A stretch of DNA of 64,000 nucleotides from Deferribacteres bacterium (GTDB taxonomy: Bacteria; Zhuqueibacterota; Zhuqueibacteria; Zhuqueibacterales; Geothermadaptataceae), in the NCBI GenBank assembly GCA_020633655.1, contig JACKDF010000002.1:75895-139894 (forward strand), given 5' to 3'. The position numbers were made by a program, and so were the translations under genes. Below the pieces are notes generated by a model. The model searched no databases and was not told the origin of the DNA. It was given only the letters and a program-made list of their open reading frames with translations. Of the stretch, positions 44,494 through 54,184 are shown piece after piece (position 1 is the first letter of the stretch; every line of letters starts with the position of its first letter).

Positions 44494-46038
44494 GTGAAAA
44501 AAGCCATTATTTTGATCCTGTTCCTGCCCGTTATTTCACTTAGCCAACCGAAATTCTACAATATCACAAACTACGGCGCAACAGGCGACGGCACAACGTT
44601 CAACACGGAAGCCATTAACGCAACAATCCATGCAGCATCCGAAAACGGTGGCGGCACGGTGTATTTTCCAGCTGGCGATTTTTTGTCGTACACAATTCAC
44701 CTGCAAAGTAACATCACCCTTTATCTCGATCAGGGTGCGCGATTGATCGGCGCTAAAGAAAAAAACGGTGTCGGCTATGATGCTCCCGAAGAAGATGCCT
44801 GGTTTAAAAAATATCAGGATTTCGGGCACAACTACTGGCGAAACAGCCTGCTTTACGGCGATAGCCTGCACGATGTCGCCATCCTCGGCAATGGCATGAT
44901 CTGGGGCAAAGGGTTATACACCCACGATAAGCCGGACATCAAAGGCGCCGGCAACAAGGCCATCGCCCTGAAAAACTGCCGCAATGTCACCATCCGCGAT
45001 ATTTCCATTTTGCACGGCGGCCACTTCTGCATACTCGCCACCGGCGTCGACAATCTCACCATTGACAACGTGCGCGCCGATGCCGACCGTGACGCCTTTG
45101 ACATCGACTGCTGTAAAAATGTAGCGATTTCCAACTGCATCATCAATTCTCCCACTGACGATGGCTTATGCCTGAAGTCGTCCTACGCCCTCGGTTATGC
45201 CCGTGCTACCGAGAACGTGACCATCACCAATTGCCAGGTCTACGGCTTTGACCACGGGACATTAATGGACGGCACTTTCAAGTCCGACTTCCTCGACGAA
45301 GCACCGGATGCAGGACACTGCATTACCGGTCGCTTGAAAATGGGCACGGAATCCAACGGTGGCTTTAAAAATATTGTCGTCTCCAACTGCGTCTTCCAGC
45401 GCTCACGCGGACTGGCCATCGAAACAGCGGACGGTGGGGTAATTGAAGATATTCTCATCGACAACGTCTCCATGCGAGATGTCACCGATACACCATTTTT
45501 CATTCGTCTCAACGCCCGTATGCGCGGCCCCGAAGGCACGCCAGTCGGTGTTTGCCGTCGCATCACCCTTAGCAATCTGAATGTCTACGATGTGGGCGGA
45601 CGACCGAAATCGCCTGAACTGGGAGCCGGAATGGTGATGGGTATTCCCGGGCATTACATCGAAGATTTGACTTTATCGAATATTCGCATTTACTTCCGTG
45701 CCGGCGCCGGCAAGGATGCGGTTGATATGGAAGTACCGCAAAACATCGACATGTACCCCGATCCCTATCGCTGGCATTCGATGCCAGCTTATGGTATCTA
45801 TTTCCGCTATGTCAAAGGGCTGAAAGTGAAGGATGTTGTCTTCCGTTACATGAACACAGACGAGCGTCCGGCTTTTGTTTTGGATGACGTGCACGACGCT
45901 GAATTTTACCACATTGATGCGCAAAAAATCGATGGCGCACCGCTTTTTCTCCTTAACAATGTCAGTGAGGCTGCTTTTCACCAGGTTCGTGGCATACAGG
46001 ATATGAGGTTAGACAAGGTGGAGCGACAGGAATTTTAA
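44494..46038 (+). CDS. Glycoside hydrolase family 28 (polygalacturonase-like, parallel beta-helix)
   Basis: Signal peptide. YNITNYGATGDGTTFNTEAINATIHAAS..GGGTVYFPAGDFLS is the typical GH28 N-terminal cap. Repeated beta-helix rungs with NC/DG/DxD motifs. GTG start 5 nt after AGGAGA. Confidence 0.75.
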   Translation: MKKAIILILFLPVISLSQPKFYNITNYGATGDGTTFNTEAINATIHAASENGGGTVYFPAGDFLSYTIHLQSNITLYLDQGARLIGAKEKNGVGYDAPEEDAWFKKYQDFGHNYWRNSLLYGDSLHDVAILGNGMIWGKGLYTHDKPDIKGAGNKAIALKNCRNVTIRDISILHGGHFCILATGVDNLTIDNVRADADRDAFDIDCCKNVAISNCIINSPTDDGLCLKSSYALGYARATENVTITNCQVYGFDHGTLMDGTFKSDFLDEAPDAGHCITGRLKMGTESNGGFKNIVVSNCVFQRSRGLAIETADGGVIEDILIDNVSMRDVTDTPFFIRLNARMRGPEGTPVGVCRRITLSNLNVYDVGGRPKSPELGAGMVMGIPGHYIEDLTLSNIRIYFRAGAGKDAVDMEVPQNIDMYPDPYRWHSMPAYGIYFRYVKGLKVKDVVFRYMNTDERPAFVLDDVHDAEFYHIDAQKIDGAPLFLLNNVSEAAFHQVRGIQDMRLDKVERQEF

Positions 46039-46173
46039 ACTTGTGAATATTAAATGTGCTAAGAAAAATTGCAGTTTTATTTGACTTCATCCTGCTTTCA
46101 ACATACATTCCTGCCATCACAAAATGGGATGCTTTCGATTTTTACTATTTCATCTTAAAAAGGACATGACACA

Positions 46174-47622
46174 GTGGAACAGTCGTTCGCTTTAGTCGAA
46201 AATTTACTTCTCAAAAAACAACAGCGGTTTACCGATTTTGAAGCCTCGCGCATAACCGGCGTTGCCATTGATCAGGTGAAGGATGCGTTGGAAAAATTGC
46301 TGGAAAAATATGTTTGTCGTATGCAGGTAACCGAAAACGGGGATCTTATTTATGATTTCGGTCCAAAGCCACGCCGTCGCGGTGAAAAAACGGCCGCGGA
46401 AATTTTGCAGGCAATTGGCGACTGGTTATGGAAGGTTTTCACGGTGTTGTTTAAAATCTGGTTAACCGTGACGCTTTTGGTTTATTTTGTTATTTTCGTC
46501 ATTCTGATCATCCTGCTGATCGTCGCAAGCAGCTCGCAACGGGATTCGAAAAGCCGGGGATCGTCATCCATCAGGTTTTCCGGTGGTGGTGGTATTCCGA
46601 TCTTCGATATTTTGTGGTCAATTTTTCGCTGGCGCACAATTACCGGTGGTATAGTGCGACGAAACGATCGTCGAGGATACCATTATAATGCCTACGAACC
46701 GCATCAGGCTGTTCTGAAAAAAGACAAAAAAAATCTGGTTGCTTCGGTGCACGATTTCGTGTTTGGCCCGCCGCGCGTCGATATCGATCCCCTGCAAAAT
46801 GAACGTGAAGTGGCGGCATTTCTCGAAACCAACAAAGGTATTCTTGTGTCAGCAGATCTCGAGGCGTTAGCAGGACTCAATTGCGCACAGGCCGAATATG
46901 CTTTGACCGACTACCTGATTCGTTTTGAAGGGGATGTCGACGTCTCGGAAAACGGTGCTGTCTATGGCAAGTTCGAGCGGATTTTACGTGGTGTGGAGGA
47001 TACAGATGGTGAAATCATTTATTATTGGAATGAATATGAGCCGGAATACCACACGACTGGAAACACACCGCAGCGGAATTTTTTTATTGCACTTATGAAT
47101 GGTGTCAACCTGCTGGTTTCCTATTCGGTGATGCGCGGCAATTTCGATATGCTCAGTGATGCCGATTTTAACGGTTTGGCGGGTGCATTTGTACAGATTA
47201 TTCTCGATCATCAACTGCTTTTTGGTGGCATTCCTTTTGTTTTTTCGATTTTATTCTTTTTAGTCCCCCTGGTCCGGTGGCTGAAAATTCGCAGATTGCG
47301 CCAGCAACGGCATAAAAACAACATTCGCAAGCGCCTGTATAAAGTTATCTTTAGCAACGCCGGTACTCCCCAATCTGCTGAAAATATTGTTGCGAAGGTT
47401 AACCATTCTGGCGTTGAAGAAACGCTTGCCGACAAAACCATTTCGACATTCATGGATGAACTGGTACTGGATCTCAATGGTGAAACCGTGATTTCCGAGG
47501 ATGCAAAAATTCAGTACCATTTCCCCCGCATCAGCCTCGAGCAAAAGGAAGCAGTCGCGTTGCGCTCACGCTCGAAGATGAATCGGGATCTGGGTGACGT
47601 GGTTTTTGATACGGATAAATAG
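46174..47622 (+). CDS. Multi-pass membrane protein of unknown function with three internally repeated soluble modules
   Basis: The only long ORF here. Hydrophobic segments at about aa 85-120 and 300-370. Three modules end in VTENGDLIYDF, VSENGAVYGKF and ISEDAKIQYHF. The GTG start is uncertain. Confidence 0.55.
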   Translation: MEQSFALVENLLLKKQQRFTDFEASRITGVAIDQVKDALEKLLEKYVCRMQVTENGDLIYDFGPKPRRRGEKTAAEILQAIGDWLWKVFTVLFKIWLTVTLLVYFVIFVILIILLIVASSSQRDSKSRGSSSIRFSGGGGIPIFDILWSIFRWRTITGGIVRRNDRRGYHYNAYEPHQAVLKKDKKNLVASVHDFVFGPPRVDIDPLQNEREVAAFLETNKGILVSADLEALAGLNCAQAEYALTDYLIRFEGDVDVSENGAVYGKFERILRGVEDTDGEIIYYWNEYEPEYHTTGNTPQRNFFIALMNGVNLLVSYSVMRGNFDMLSDADFNGLAGAFVQIILDHQLLFGGIPFVFSILFFLVPLVRWLKIRRLRQQRHKNNIRKRLYKVIFSNAGTPQSAENIVAKVNHSGVEETLADKTISTFMDELVLDLNGETVISEDAKIQYHFPRISLEQKEAVALRSRSKMNRDLGDVVFDTDK

Positions 47623-47746
47623 GATAATGCAGTACCAGCTTCCATATTGAAGAAGTCGAATGATTGAAAAATCAGGAAGGGGATCGTACGATGTTGGAAG
47701 TGCCAAAGTCGCATAAAAAAATGAAAAGTCTAAAAATTTTCATGTT

Positions 47747-47815
47747 AGCAGGCCACAAGGGCCTCGGCTACAGGATTTTATGTTTCAGATAATCGTAACC
47801 TTGCCCCTTGTGGAC
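47747..47815. repeat. Repeat family C copy (agcaggccacaagggcctcggctac ... gccccttgtgg)
   Basis: Nearly identical to the unit at 18469..18493, with an inverted partner about 45 nt downstream. Confidence 0.8.
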
Positions 47816-47823
47816 AAAAAACT

Positions 47824-48465
47824 ATGGAGAAAATTATGATACCGCCCGCCTTCCGTAAGGCAAAATGGATAAATCCACCAAAGGATTTCACCATCGCTGA
47901 ACAATTCATTAAAATAACAACGGATCCAAATACCGATTTTTGGCAGCGAACCTACTATGGTTTTCGGAATGACAACGCTCCGGCATTGCTCGTTGATAGT
48001 GATGAAAATTTTACGTTTACGACGCGTGTTTCCTTTGCATACCAAACGAAATACGACCAATGCGGTGTTGCGATTTTTGTGGATTCAAACAACTGGTTCA
48101 AGGCTTCAATCGAATACGAAAGTCATGAATTTTCCCGTCTGGGCAGCGTTGTGACCAACCTCGGTTATTCCGACTGGGCAACAACGGATATTGCGACGCC
48201 GGGTGAAGTGTGGTACCGCCTAAACCGTCGTGGACCGGACTTCCTCATCGAATCCTCTATCGACGGAGCAGTATTTCAACAGATGCGCATTTTTCATCTC
48301 CACAAACTGGGTGAGACAACGGAGCACATGGGGAAACACAATCCACCGCTTCCACCTGAAATGCCTGTTCGTTTTGGTCTGTATGCTTGCAGTCCGTTAG
48401 AATCCTCCTTCACTGCGATTTTTGATAAAATGCGACTGGAAGAATGCCAGTGGCAGGCTCATTAG
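47824..48465 (+). CDS. DUF1349-family protein (concanavalin-A-like lectin/glucanase fold)
   Basis: W-NPP, TDFWQRTYYGFRNDNAPALL, and the length and pattern are typical of DUF1349. Confidence 0.6.
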   Translation: MEKIMIPPAFRKAKWINPPKDFTIAEQFIKITTDPNTDFWQRTYYGFRNDNAPALLVDSDENFTFTTRVSFAYQTKYDQCGVAIFVDSNNWFKASIEYESHEFSRLGSVVTNLGYSDWATTDIATPGEVWYRLNRRGPDFLIESSIDGAVFQQMRIFHLHKLGETTEHMGKHNPPLPPEMPVRFGLYACSPLESSFTAIFDKMRLEECQWQAH

Positions 48466-48662
48466 TAGCGGATGTTGGTTTTTAAAGGGTAAAGACACAG
48501 GATAAATCAATCGCAAATCGATTGCAATTCAACATTTTTAAGTAAAAGAACACGTACAAGTTTGTAGTAATGGCTTTAGCCTTTTTCAATTAGAGAGACT
48601 AAAGTCTTGTTTATCACAATTGTAAGGACTGATGTTGATTTGCGATTGCTTTCGTAAGCTTG

Positions 48663-49814
48663 TTACTTCTTCTTTCCCTCCAAAACAAGTTTATCATTTG
48701 GCGGCAATTCAGGAAATGGATTGTGTGGCTCAAGCTGGTACCAGTAAGCGACAGAAGCCAGATCGTCCTGCAAGGGCAGATAATGACCGGTGGAATCCCA
48801 ACCTATGCTCTGTATCATCACCCTCAAATCGCTATCGAAACGAATTGGATCCGTAATGTGCCAGCGGTATTGTCCGAATGCATCAATCAGGTCACCGATT
48901 TTTTCGTCAATCTGATAAAAACCGGTGTAGGGGCTGCTGAATTCACTATAAACCATTCTGCCGTCGATCTCACGGTCGTCGTAGCCGTAGGAACCGCAAA
49001 AATAATCTTCTTCTCCAGTACCACAAATCGTTGGAAAATCCTTGTCGCCATCCATATAAAACTTGATTTCGCCTTCTCCCCACCAGCCGGGACTGCGTGC
49101 GCCGTGGGCAAGGTAAGTCCCAACGTATTGCCCTTTGCCTTTGATGCCATCAACAATTGTGTAGACATCTTTAAATGGCAGACGATTGACACGGCGAAAC
49201 TGTGCATGAAAATAAGCTGTAGCATCATCGACCTCTTGCAAAGTATAATCGATGGAATAGTACAACGTTGCTCTTTTGCTGTTTTTATTTTCCATGGTGA
49301 CTTTGCATTTTTTGCGGAAAGGCATTTGCCAGTAGGAGTTAAATCCACTGCGAGGATTGACACAAATAGCCAGGGAGCTGATCCGTGGTTCATTTTTCAT
49401 GCCCCAGCCGGCAGCAAAAAAATCCCCAACGGGCACTTCGATGGAGGGTTCTTCTTCATCATCCCAATAAAAACGTAAAATCATCAGACGGTAGTCGCCA
49501 ACCGGGGTCATCCATATATGGTTGATGACACCCGGGCCGGTGATTTCACCCAGTGTGAATGTTTCTCCAGGCTGAATTCGAATATAGGGATTCACCTTCC
49601 AGGTTTGCCCCAAATTTTCTGCTGCGCGGGCTGCCGTGCCTTCTTTTAACGTTGCCATGCCTCCTTTACCTTTTTCCCCCGTGAAATTTTCCGGACTAAT
49701 CGAACGGGTTTGCGCTTTGTTCAGCTCGTAAAGGTTCTGCATGGCATTTCCCTGGGCGAACAGATTGAATTGGAGTACAAAACCGGATAAAATCAGATAA
49801 AACAGTAAACGCAT
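48663..49814 (-). CDS. DUF2961 / glycoside hydrolase family 172-like protein, secreted
   Basis: Signal peptide. GPGVINHIWMT, RFYWDDEEEPSIEVPVGDFF and GEGEIKFYMDGD match the DUF2961 signature. Confidence 0.7.
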   Translation of the reverse strand: MRLLFYLILSGFVLQFNLFAQGNAMQNLYELNKAQTRSISPENFTGEKGKGGMATLKEGTAARAAENLGQTWKVNPYIRIQPGETFTLGEITGPGVINHIWMTPVGDYRLMILRFYWDDEEEPSIEVPVGDFFAAGWGMKNEPRISSLAICVNPRSGFNSYWQMPFRKKCKVTMENKNSKRATLYYSIDYTLQEVDDATAYFHAQFRRVNRLPFKDVYTIVDGIKGKGQYVGTYLAHGARSPGWWGEGEIKFYMDGDKDFPTICGTGEEDYFCGSYGYDDREIDGRMVYSEFSSPYTGFYQIDEKIGDLIDAFGQYRWHITDPIRFDSDLRVMIQSIGWDSTGHYLPLQDDLASVAYWYQLEPHNPFPELPPNDKLVLEGKKK

Positions 49815-49841
49815 AAAACACTCCTCACATTTGGTTGTTCA

Positions 49842-49921
49842 CCTGCTTTCTTCATGCGCTGTGTTGTATTCGTGAGGCAGGAGTATTCCCCGCCTGATCC
49901 TGGTGTTAATGAATTAAGCAG
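49842..49921 (+). repeat. Palindromic intergenic repeat family A, copy 3
   Basis: cctgctttcttcat...gaggcaggagtattccccgcctgatcctggtgttaatgaattaagcag. Confidence 0.8.
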
Positions 49922-50051
49922 TTCAATCTTACTTTTTATATAAAAGTGCATGGATTTATAAAAAATGTCGATCTACTTGAGATGCCCAGGGTAATGGAAA
50001 ATTCAATTACATCAGCACCATTTTCGACTTTATTATTCTTATGGAGAACTT

Positions 50052-51011
50052 ATGGCTACCGAAACAGAAATTCTTTTGGAAACAGGAACCAATGAACTGG
50101 AACTTATTGAGTTTTTGTTAAAATATCCAGATGAATATGGAAATATGATTGTGCAATCGTTCGGAATTAACGTTGCAAAGGTTCGGGAGATCATTCGGAT
50201 ACCAAAAATTACAAAGCTGCCGAGTCAACATCCCGCAATTCTCGGCATTTTTAAACTGCGTGATGAACTTATACCTGTGCTGAATTTGGCAGATTGGCTT
50301 TATCACTATGATCATCGGGATGAAAAACAGAAGCTTATTGTCACCGAATTCAACACCATAAAAGTTGGTTTTATCGTTCATGATGTCAACCGAATTCATC
50401 GCTTGTCGTGGCAGGAGGTGGAGTCACCGGACAGCATAAATGAAATGGATATCGATAATTCTTCCATCATCGGTATAATAAAAATGGAGCAGAAAATTAT
50501 ACTCATGCTGGATATCGAAAAAATTCTCGCGGAGATTAATCCACAACTGAGTCTCAATGCGATGCATAATGAATTGTTAAATCCAGCCACGGAGCGAAAA
50601 ATACTTCTGGCGGAAGATTCCGTTACCATTCGCGCCATGTTGACAGAAAAACTTACCTCTGCCGGATACAAGATCACGTCGTTTCACAATGGTTTGTCTG
50701 CCTGGGAACATCTGGAAGAATTGGCTTCGAGCACGCGTGATATGGATTCGATATTTGCGTCCTATGATGTAGTGATTACCGACATTGAAATGCCACAAAT
50801 GGATGGCTACAGTTTGACGAAGAAAATAAAAAGCCATCCTTTGCTTTCCGGTTTGCCGGTGGTCATTTTTTCTTCGATGATTACTGACGATGCCCGGCAT
50901 AAAGGCGAGTCTGTGGGGGCGGATGCGCAATACTCCAAACCGCAAATCGACAGCATTTTGGAAGGGATGGAGAAAATAATTCAACAGAGAGATGAGAAAA
51001 TATCAACCTGA
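50052..51011 (+). CDS. cheV: Chemotaxis coupling protein CheV (CheW-like domain + receiver domain)
   Basis: GTNELELIEFLL and FGINVAKVREIIR (CheW-like), followed by receiver ILLAEDS ... VITDIEMPQMDG ... SKP. Confidence 0.85.
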   Translation: MATETEILLETGTNELELIEFLLKYPDEYGNMIVQSFGINVAKVREIIRIPKITKLPSQHPAILGIFKLRDELIPVLNLADWLYHYDHRDEKQKLIVTEFNTIKVGFIVHDVNRIHRLSWQEVESPDSINEMDIDNSSIIGIIKMEQKIILMLDIEKILAEINPQLSLNAMHNELLNPATERKILLAEDSVTIRAMLTEKLTSAGYKITSFHNGLSAWEHLEELASSTRDMDSIFASYDVVITDIEMPQMDGYSLTKKIKSHPLLSGLPVVIFSSMITDDARHKGESVGADAQYSKPQIDSILEGMEKIIQQRDEKIST

Positions 51012-51163
51012 CAAATTTTTTCCGGAACATTTCATTTCCCGCAGGGGTTAATAATTTAAACTTTGAACGAGTTTTACTTATACTTCTCCTCCTCAGCAAA
51101 GAAGGTCTGTTTCAGACCTTCTTTGCTTTTTATACCAACCTTGAATATTTTCTCAAAGTTAAT

Positions 51164-51214
51164 GATGGGCAGGGATGTCTCCTGCGCAATCCCGTGATTT
51201 ATGAATAAAGCACG
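51164..51214 (+). repeat. Palindromic intergenic repeat family A, copy 4 (left outer arm missing, centre degenerate)
   Basis: gatgggcagggatgtctcctgcgcaatcccgtgatttatgaataaagcacg. Confidence 0.7.
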
Positions 51215-51467
51215 TTTTAACAGCCTTAAGTATTTTAATCTCTAATTTTCTCTTGTATATTTTTTAATGAATGGTCATCTTTGACAGATCTATTTAAATA
51301 CTGTCTGATTTTTCGATAAATTTTGTTAACCCGAATCCTGATGAGCCTGCCGAAATACCCGATTCCACGCTCGAATTAGGGCCCTTCGGCAGGCTCAGGG
51401 TCCGAATTTGTGTGCTCTTCAACAGTCTCCTCAGGATTTGCCCGACTCATTTCCGGAAGGAAAATTT

Positions 51468-53948
51468 ATGCTTTCCTCTATTCGACGTGCTGTAGTTATC
51501 ATAACAACCGTTTCCCTTTGCCAAAATTTTCTGTATGCACAAAACAAACCTATGGATGCAGCGGAATTGTATAGTGCACTACAGAAACTGAATAAACTCG
51601 GCAGTGTGCTGTATTTTGCAGCCCATCCGGATGATGAAAACAATGCTTTGCTTGCCTACTTTGCCCGGGAGATGAATTTACGCACAGGCTATCTTTCGCT
51701 AACACGTGGCGATGGCGGACAGAATCTCATCGGGAACGAAAAAGGTGCTCTCATTGGTCTTATTCGTACACAGGAATTGCTAAAGGCACGAGGCATGGAG
51801 GGGGCGGAACAATTTTTCAGTCGCGCTATCGATTTTGGCTATACCAAGAGTGAAAAGGAAACACTGGAATTTTGGGACCATGAAAAAGTGCTCGCCGACG
51901 CAGTTTTCGTCATTCGACAGTTTCGCCCGGATATTATCGTCACCCGATTTCCGACCACTGGCGAAGGCGGTCACGGACAACACACGGCCTCTGCCATTAT
52001 AGCCGAAGAAGCTTTCGAAGCAGCCGGTGATTTCGACCGATTTCCGGAGCAGTTGCCGTACGTCTCGCCCTGGCAACCGAAGCGGCTGTTTTGGAATGCA
52101 TGGGAACAAGCATTGCTCGCCAAAGGCATCGACGCATCCGAGACACCTGTGCTGGATGTCGGTATCTACAATTCCACTTTGGGAAAATCTTATACGGAAC
52201 TGGGTGCAGAGAGTCGCAGCGAGCACAAAAGCCAGGCGATGGGCACAGCAAAACATTTTGGTGAATACCCCAATTACTTCGTCCAGCTTAAAGGCTTGCC
52301 CGTCCGTCGCGATCTTTTTGATGATATCGACACCTCCTGGCGGCGTATTCCCGGCGGGGAAAAGGTAGAATTGCATATTCAGAACGCATTGTCGAAATTT
52401 GATCCGCAGAATCGGCAGGCCATGCTGCCGGATTTGTTGACTGCTTACAAGGCAATGCAAGACTTGGGAAAATCCACCTGGTTGGATTATAAAAAAGACG
52501 CGCTTGCGGGTATCATTCGTGAATGTGCCGGCTTGCATTTTGCAGCCTTTGCCAGCGACTTTGCCATTGTGCCTGGTGGTGAAATCGCGATAACCGCAAT
52601 GGCCGTTGCACGCTGTGATTATCAAATAAATCTCGAAAAAGCTGAAATGCTGCAGCCCTCCGTTGAATTTACTGCACAAACGGTCTTGTCCAAAAACACT
52701 CCTTACACGCAACAGAGGCATATTACAATACCCGAAAATATGCCGTATTCGCAGCCTTACTGGTTGGCAGAAATTCCACAAGCCGGTGTTTACACGGTGG
52801 AAGACCAGGCTTTAATCGGGCAACCGCAATTGCCGTCGTGGTTGCAGATGCGTTTCGTTTTTACGATTGACGGAACCGAAATTCCCTATACGAAACCTGT
52901 GCAGTACAAATGGCTGGATCAGCGCGATGGCGAAAAATTCGGTGATGTTGTCGTGGTGCCACCGGTCACTGTGCAGTTCGATGAAAAAGTCCATGTCTTT
53001 TCCACCGCCGATCCTGCTGAAATCCGGGTTACCGTGAAATCGAATGTGGCACAAGCAACAGGTGAGGTAAAACTCGTGGCTCCTGCGAAGTGGCAGGTTT
53101 CTTCAGGCCAGAAGTTTGATCTTGCTGCAAAATATGCGGAACAGAGTTTTCTTTTCACGGTTCAGCCCCCGCACGCTGCCGATATCGCCACCATCAGTGC
53201 GATTGCTTTTTTTCAGGGACAACAATATAACAGGACGCAAATAACCATCGATTACGAGCACATTCCTGTTCAAACCGTACTTCAAGCTGCCGAGCTGAAA
53301 AACGTTCGTGTGCCGCTGGAAAGACGCAAAAAGCTGTTGGGTTATATCGCCGGGGCCGGGGATGAAATTCCTGCCAACCTGCGCTCTATCGGTTATGAGG
53401 TCACCATGCTCAGTGAAACCGATTTGGAGAAAACTGATCTCAGCCAGTTTGATGCGATCATTGCCGGTGTGCGGGTTTATAATACACGTCCGGAATTAAA
53501 ACAAAAAAATACGCGCCTGATGGATTATGTCAAAAATGGCGGGACCTACGTTGTGCAGTACAACACCAGCTACGCACTTGTCACCGAGGCTATCGGGCCA
53601 TACCCCATTACGCTTTCCCACGACCGCATCACCCTGGAAGACGCGCCAATGGCGTTTCTCGATAAAGAGCATCCGGTTTTTAATCGACCAAATAAAATCA
53701 CCAGCGAGGATTTTTCCGGTTGGGTGCAGGAACGCGGTCTCTATTTTCCAAACAAATGGGATACACACTATCAACCACTTCTTGCCGGAAATGATCCGGG
53801 GGAAGCACCGACAAAAGGCAGCCTCCTGTATTCTGCGTATGGTAAAGGCGTTTTTATTTACACAGGTTTATCTTTTTTTCGGGAATTACCAGCCGGCGTA
53901 CCGGGGGCCTATCGATTGTTTGTCAATTTGATAGAGGCTGCAAAGTGA
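51468..53948 (+). CDS. PIG-L/LmbE-family deacetylase fused to a large C-terminal region (ThuA/class-I-amidotransferase-like end), secreted
   Basis: Signal peptide. AAHPDDENNALLAYF ... LTRGDGGQN ... HGQH zinc-site motifs. ATG 51468 after GGAAGG is preferred over ORF-track start 51408. Confidence 0.75.
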   Translation: MLSSIRRAVVIITTVSLCQNFLYAQNKPMDAAELYSALQKLNKLGSVLYFAAHPDDENNALLAYFAREMNLRTGYLSLTRGDGGQNLIGNEKGALIGLIRTQELLKARGMEGAEQFFSRAIDFGYTKSEKETLEFWDHEKVLADAVFVIRQFRPDIIVTRFPTTGEGGHGQHTASAIIAEEAFEAAGDFDRFPEQLPYVSPWQPKRLFWNAWEQALLAKGIDASETPVLDVGIYNSTLGKSYTELGAESRSEHKSQAMGTAKHFGEYPNYFVQLKGLPVRRDLFDDIDTSWRRIPGGEKVELHIQNALSKFDPQNRQAMLPDLLTAYKAMQDLGKSTWLDYKKDALAGIIRECAGLHFAAFASDFAIVPGGEIAITAMAVARCDYQINLEKAEMLQPSVEFTAQTVLSKNTPYTQQRHITIPENMPYSQPYWLAEIPQAGVYTVEDQALIGQPQLPSWLQMRFVFTIDGTEIPYTKPVQYKWLDQRDGEKFGDVVVVPPVTVQFDEKVHVFSTADPAEIRVTVKSNVAQATGEVKLVAPAKWQVSSGQKFDLAAKYAEQSFLFTVQPPHAADIATISAIAFFQGQQYNRTQITIDYEHIPVQTVLQAAELKNVRVPLERRKKLLGYIAGAGDEIPANLRSIGYEVTMLSETDLEKTDLSQFDAIIAGVRVYNTRPELKQKNTRLMDYVKNGGTYVVQYNTSYALVTEAIGPYPITLSHDRITLEDAPMAFLDKEHPVFNRPNKITSEDFSGWVQERGLYFPNKWDTHYQPLLAGNDPGEAPTKGSLLYSAYGKGVFIYTGLSFFRELPAGVPGAYRLFVNLIEAAK

Positions 53949-54184
53949 AATAGTAATCAGGCGGTATTGGTCGCGTGAAAATTTTGGCTTGATGCATAAA
54001 TTTCCCCGGCATCAGCACAGTGGATACAGACTCATTAAAAGGATATCAAACCTTTCTAAATGTATTCAGACACAGGGGCAATAAAAAACTCGCAGGTTAG
54101 CCTTATTGCGTGTACCAATTAATAATTCACCAACGAATTCCCACCTTTATACAAACAAAATCACAAACCTGGAGGGAGTATTTC

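Noticed and set aside
48660-49478. 272-aa ORF on the + strand
   Set aside because: It lies entirely antisense to the well-supported DUF2961/GH172-like gene (48663..49814, -). It has no RBS and no recognisable motifs. It is a shadow ORF.
51780-52781. 333-aa ORF on the - strand
   Set aside because: It is antisense inside the PIG-L deacetylase gene. Its low-complexity R/C/F-rich translation is typical of shadow frames.
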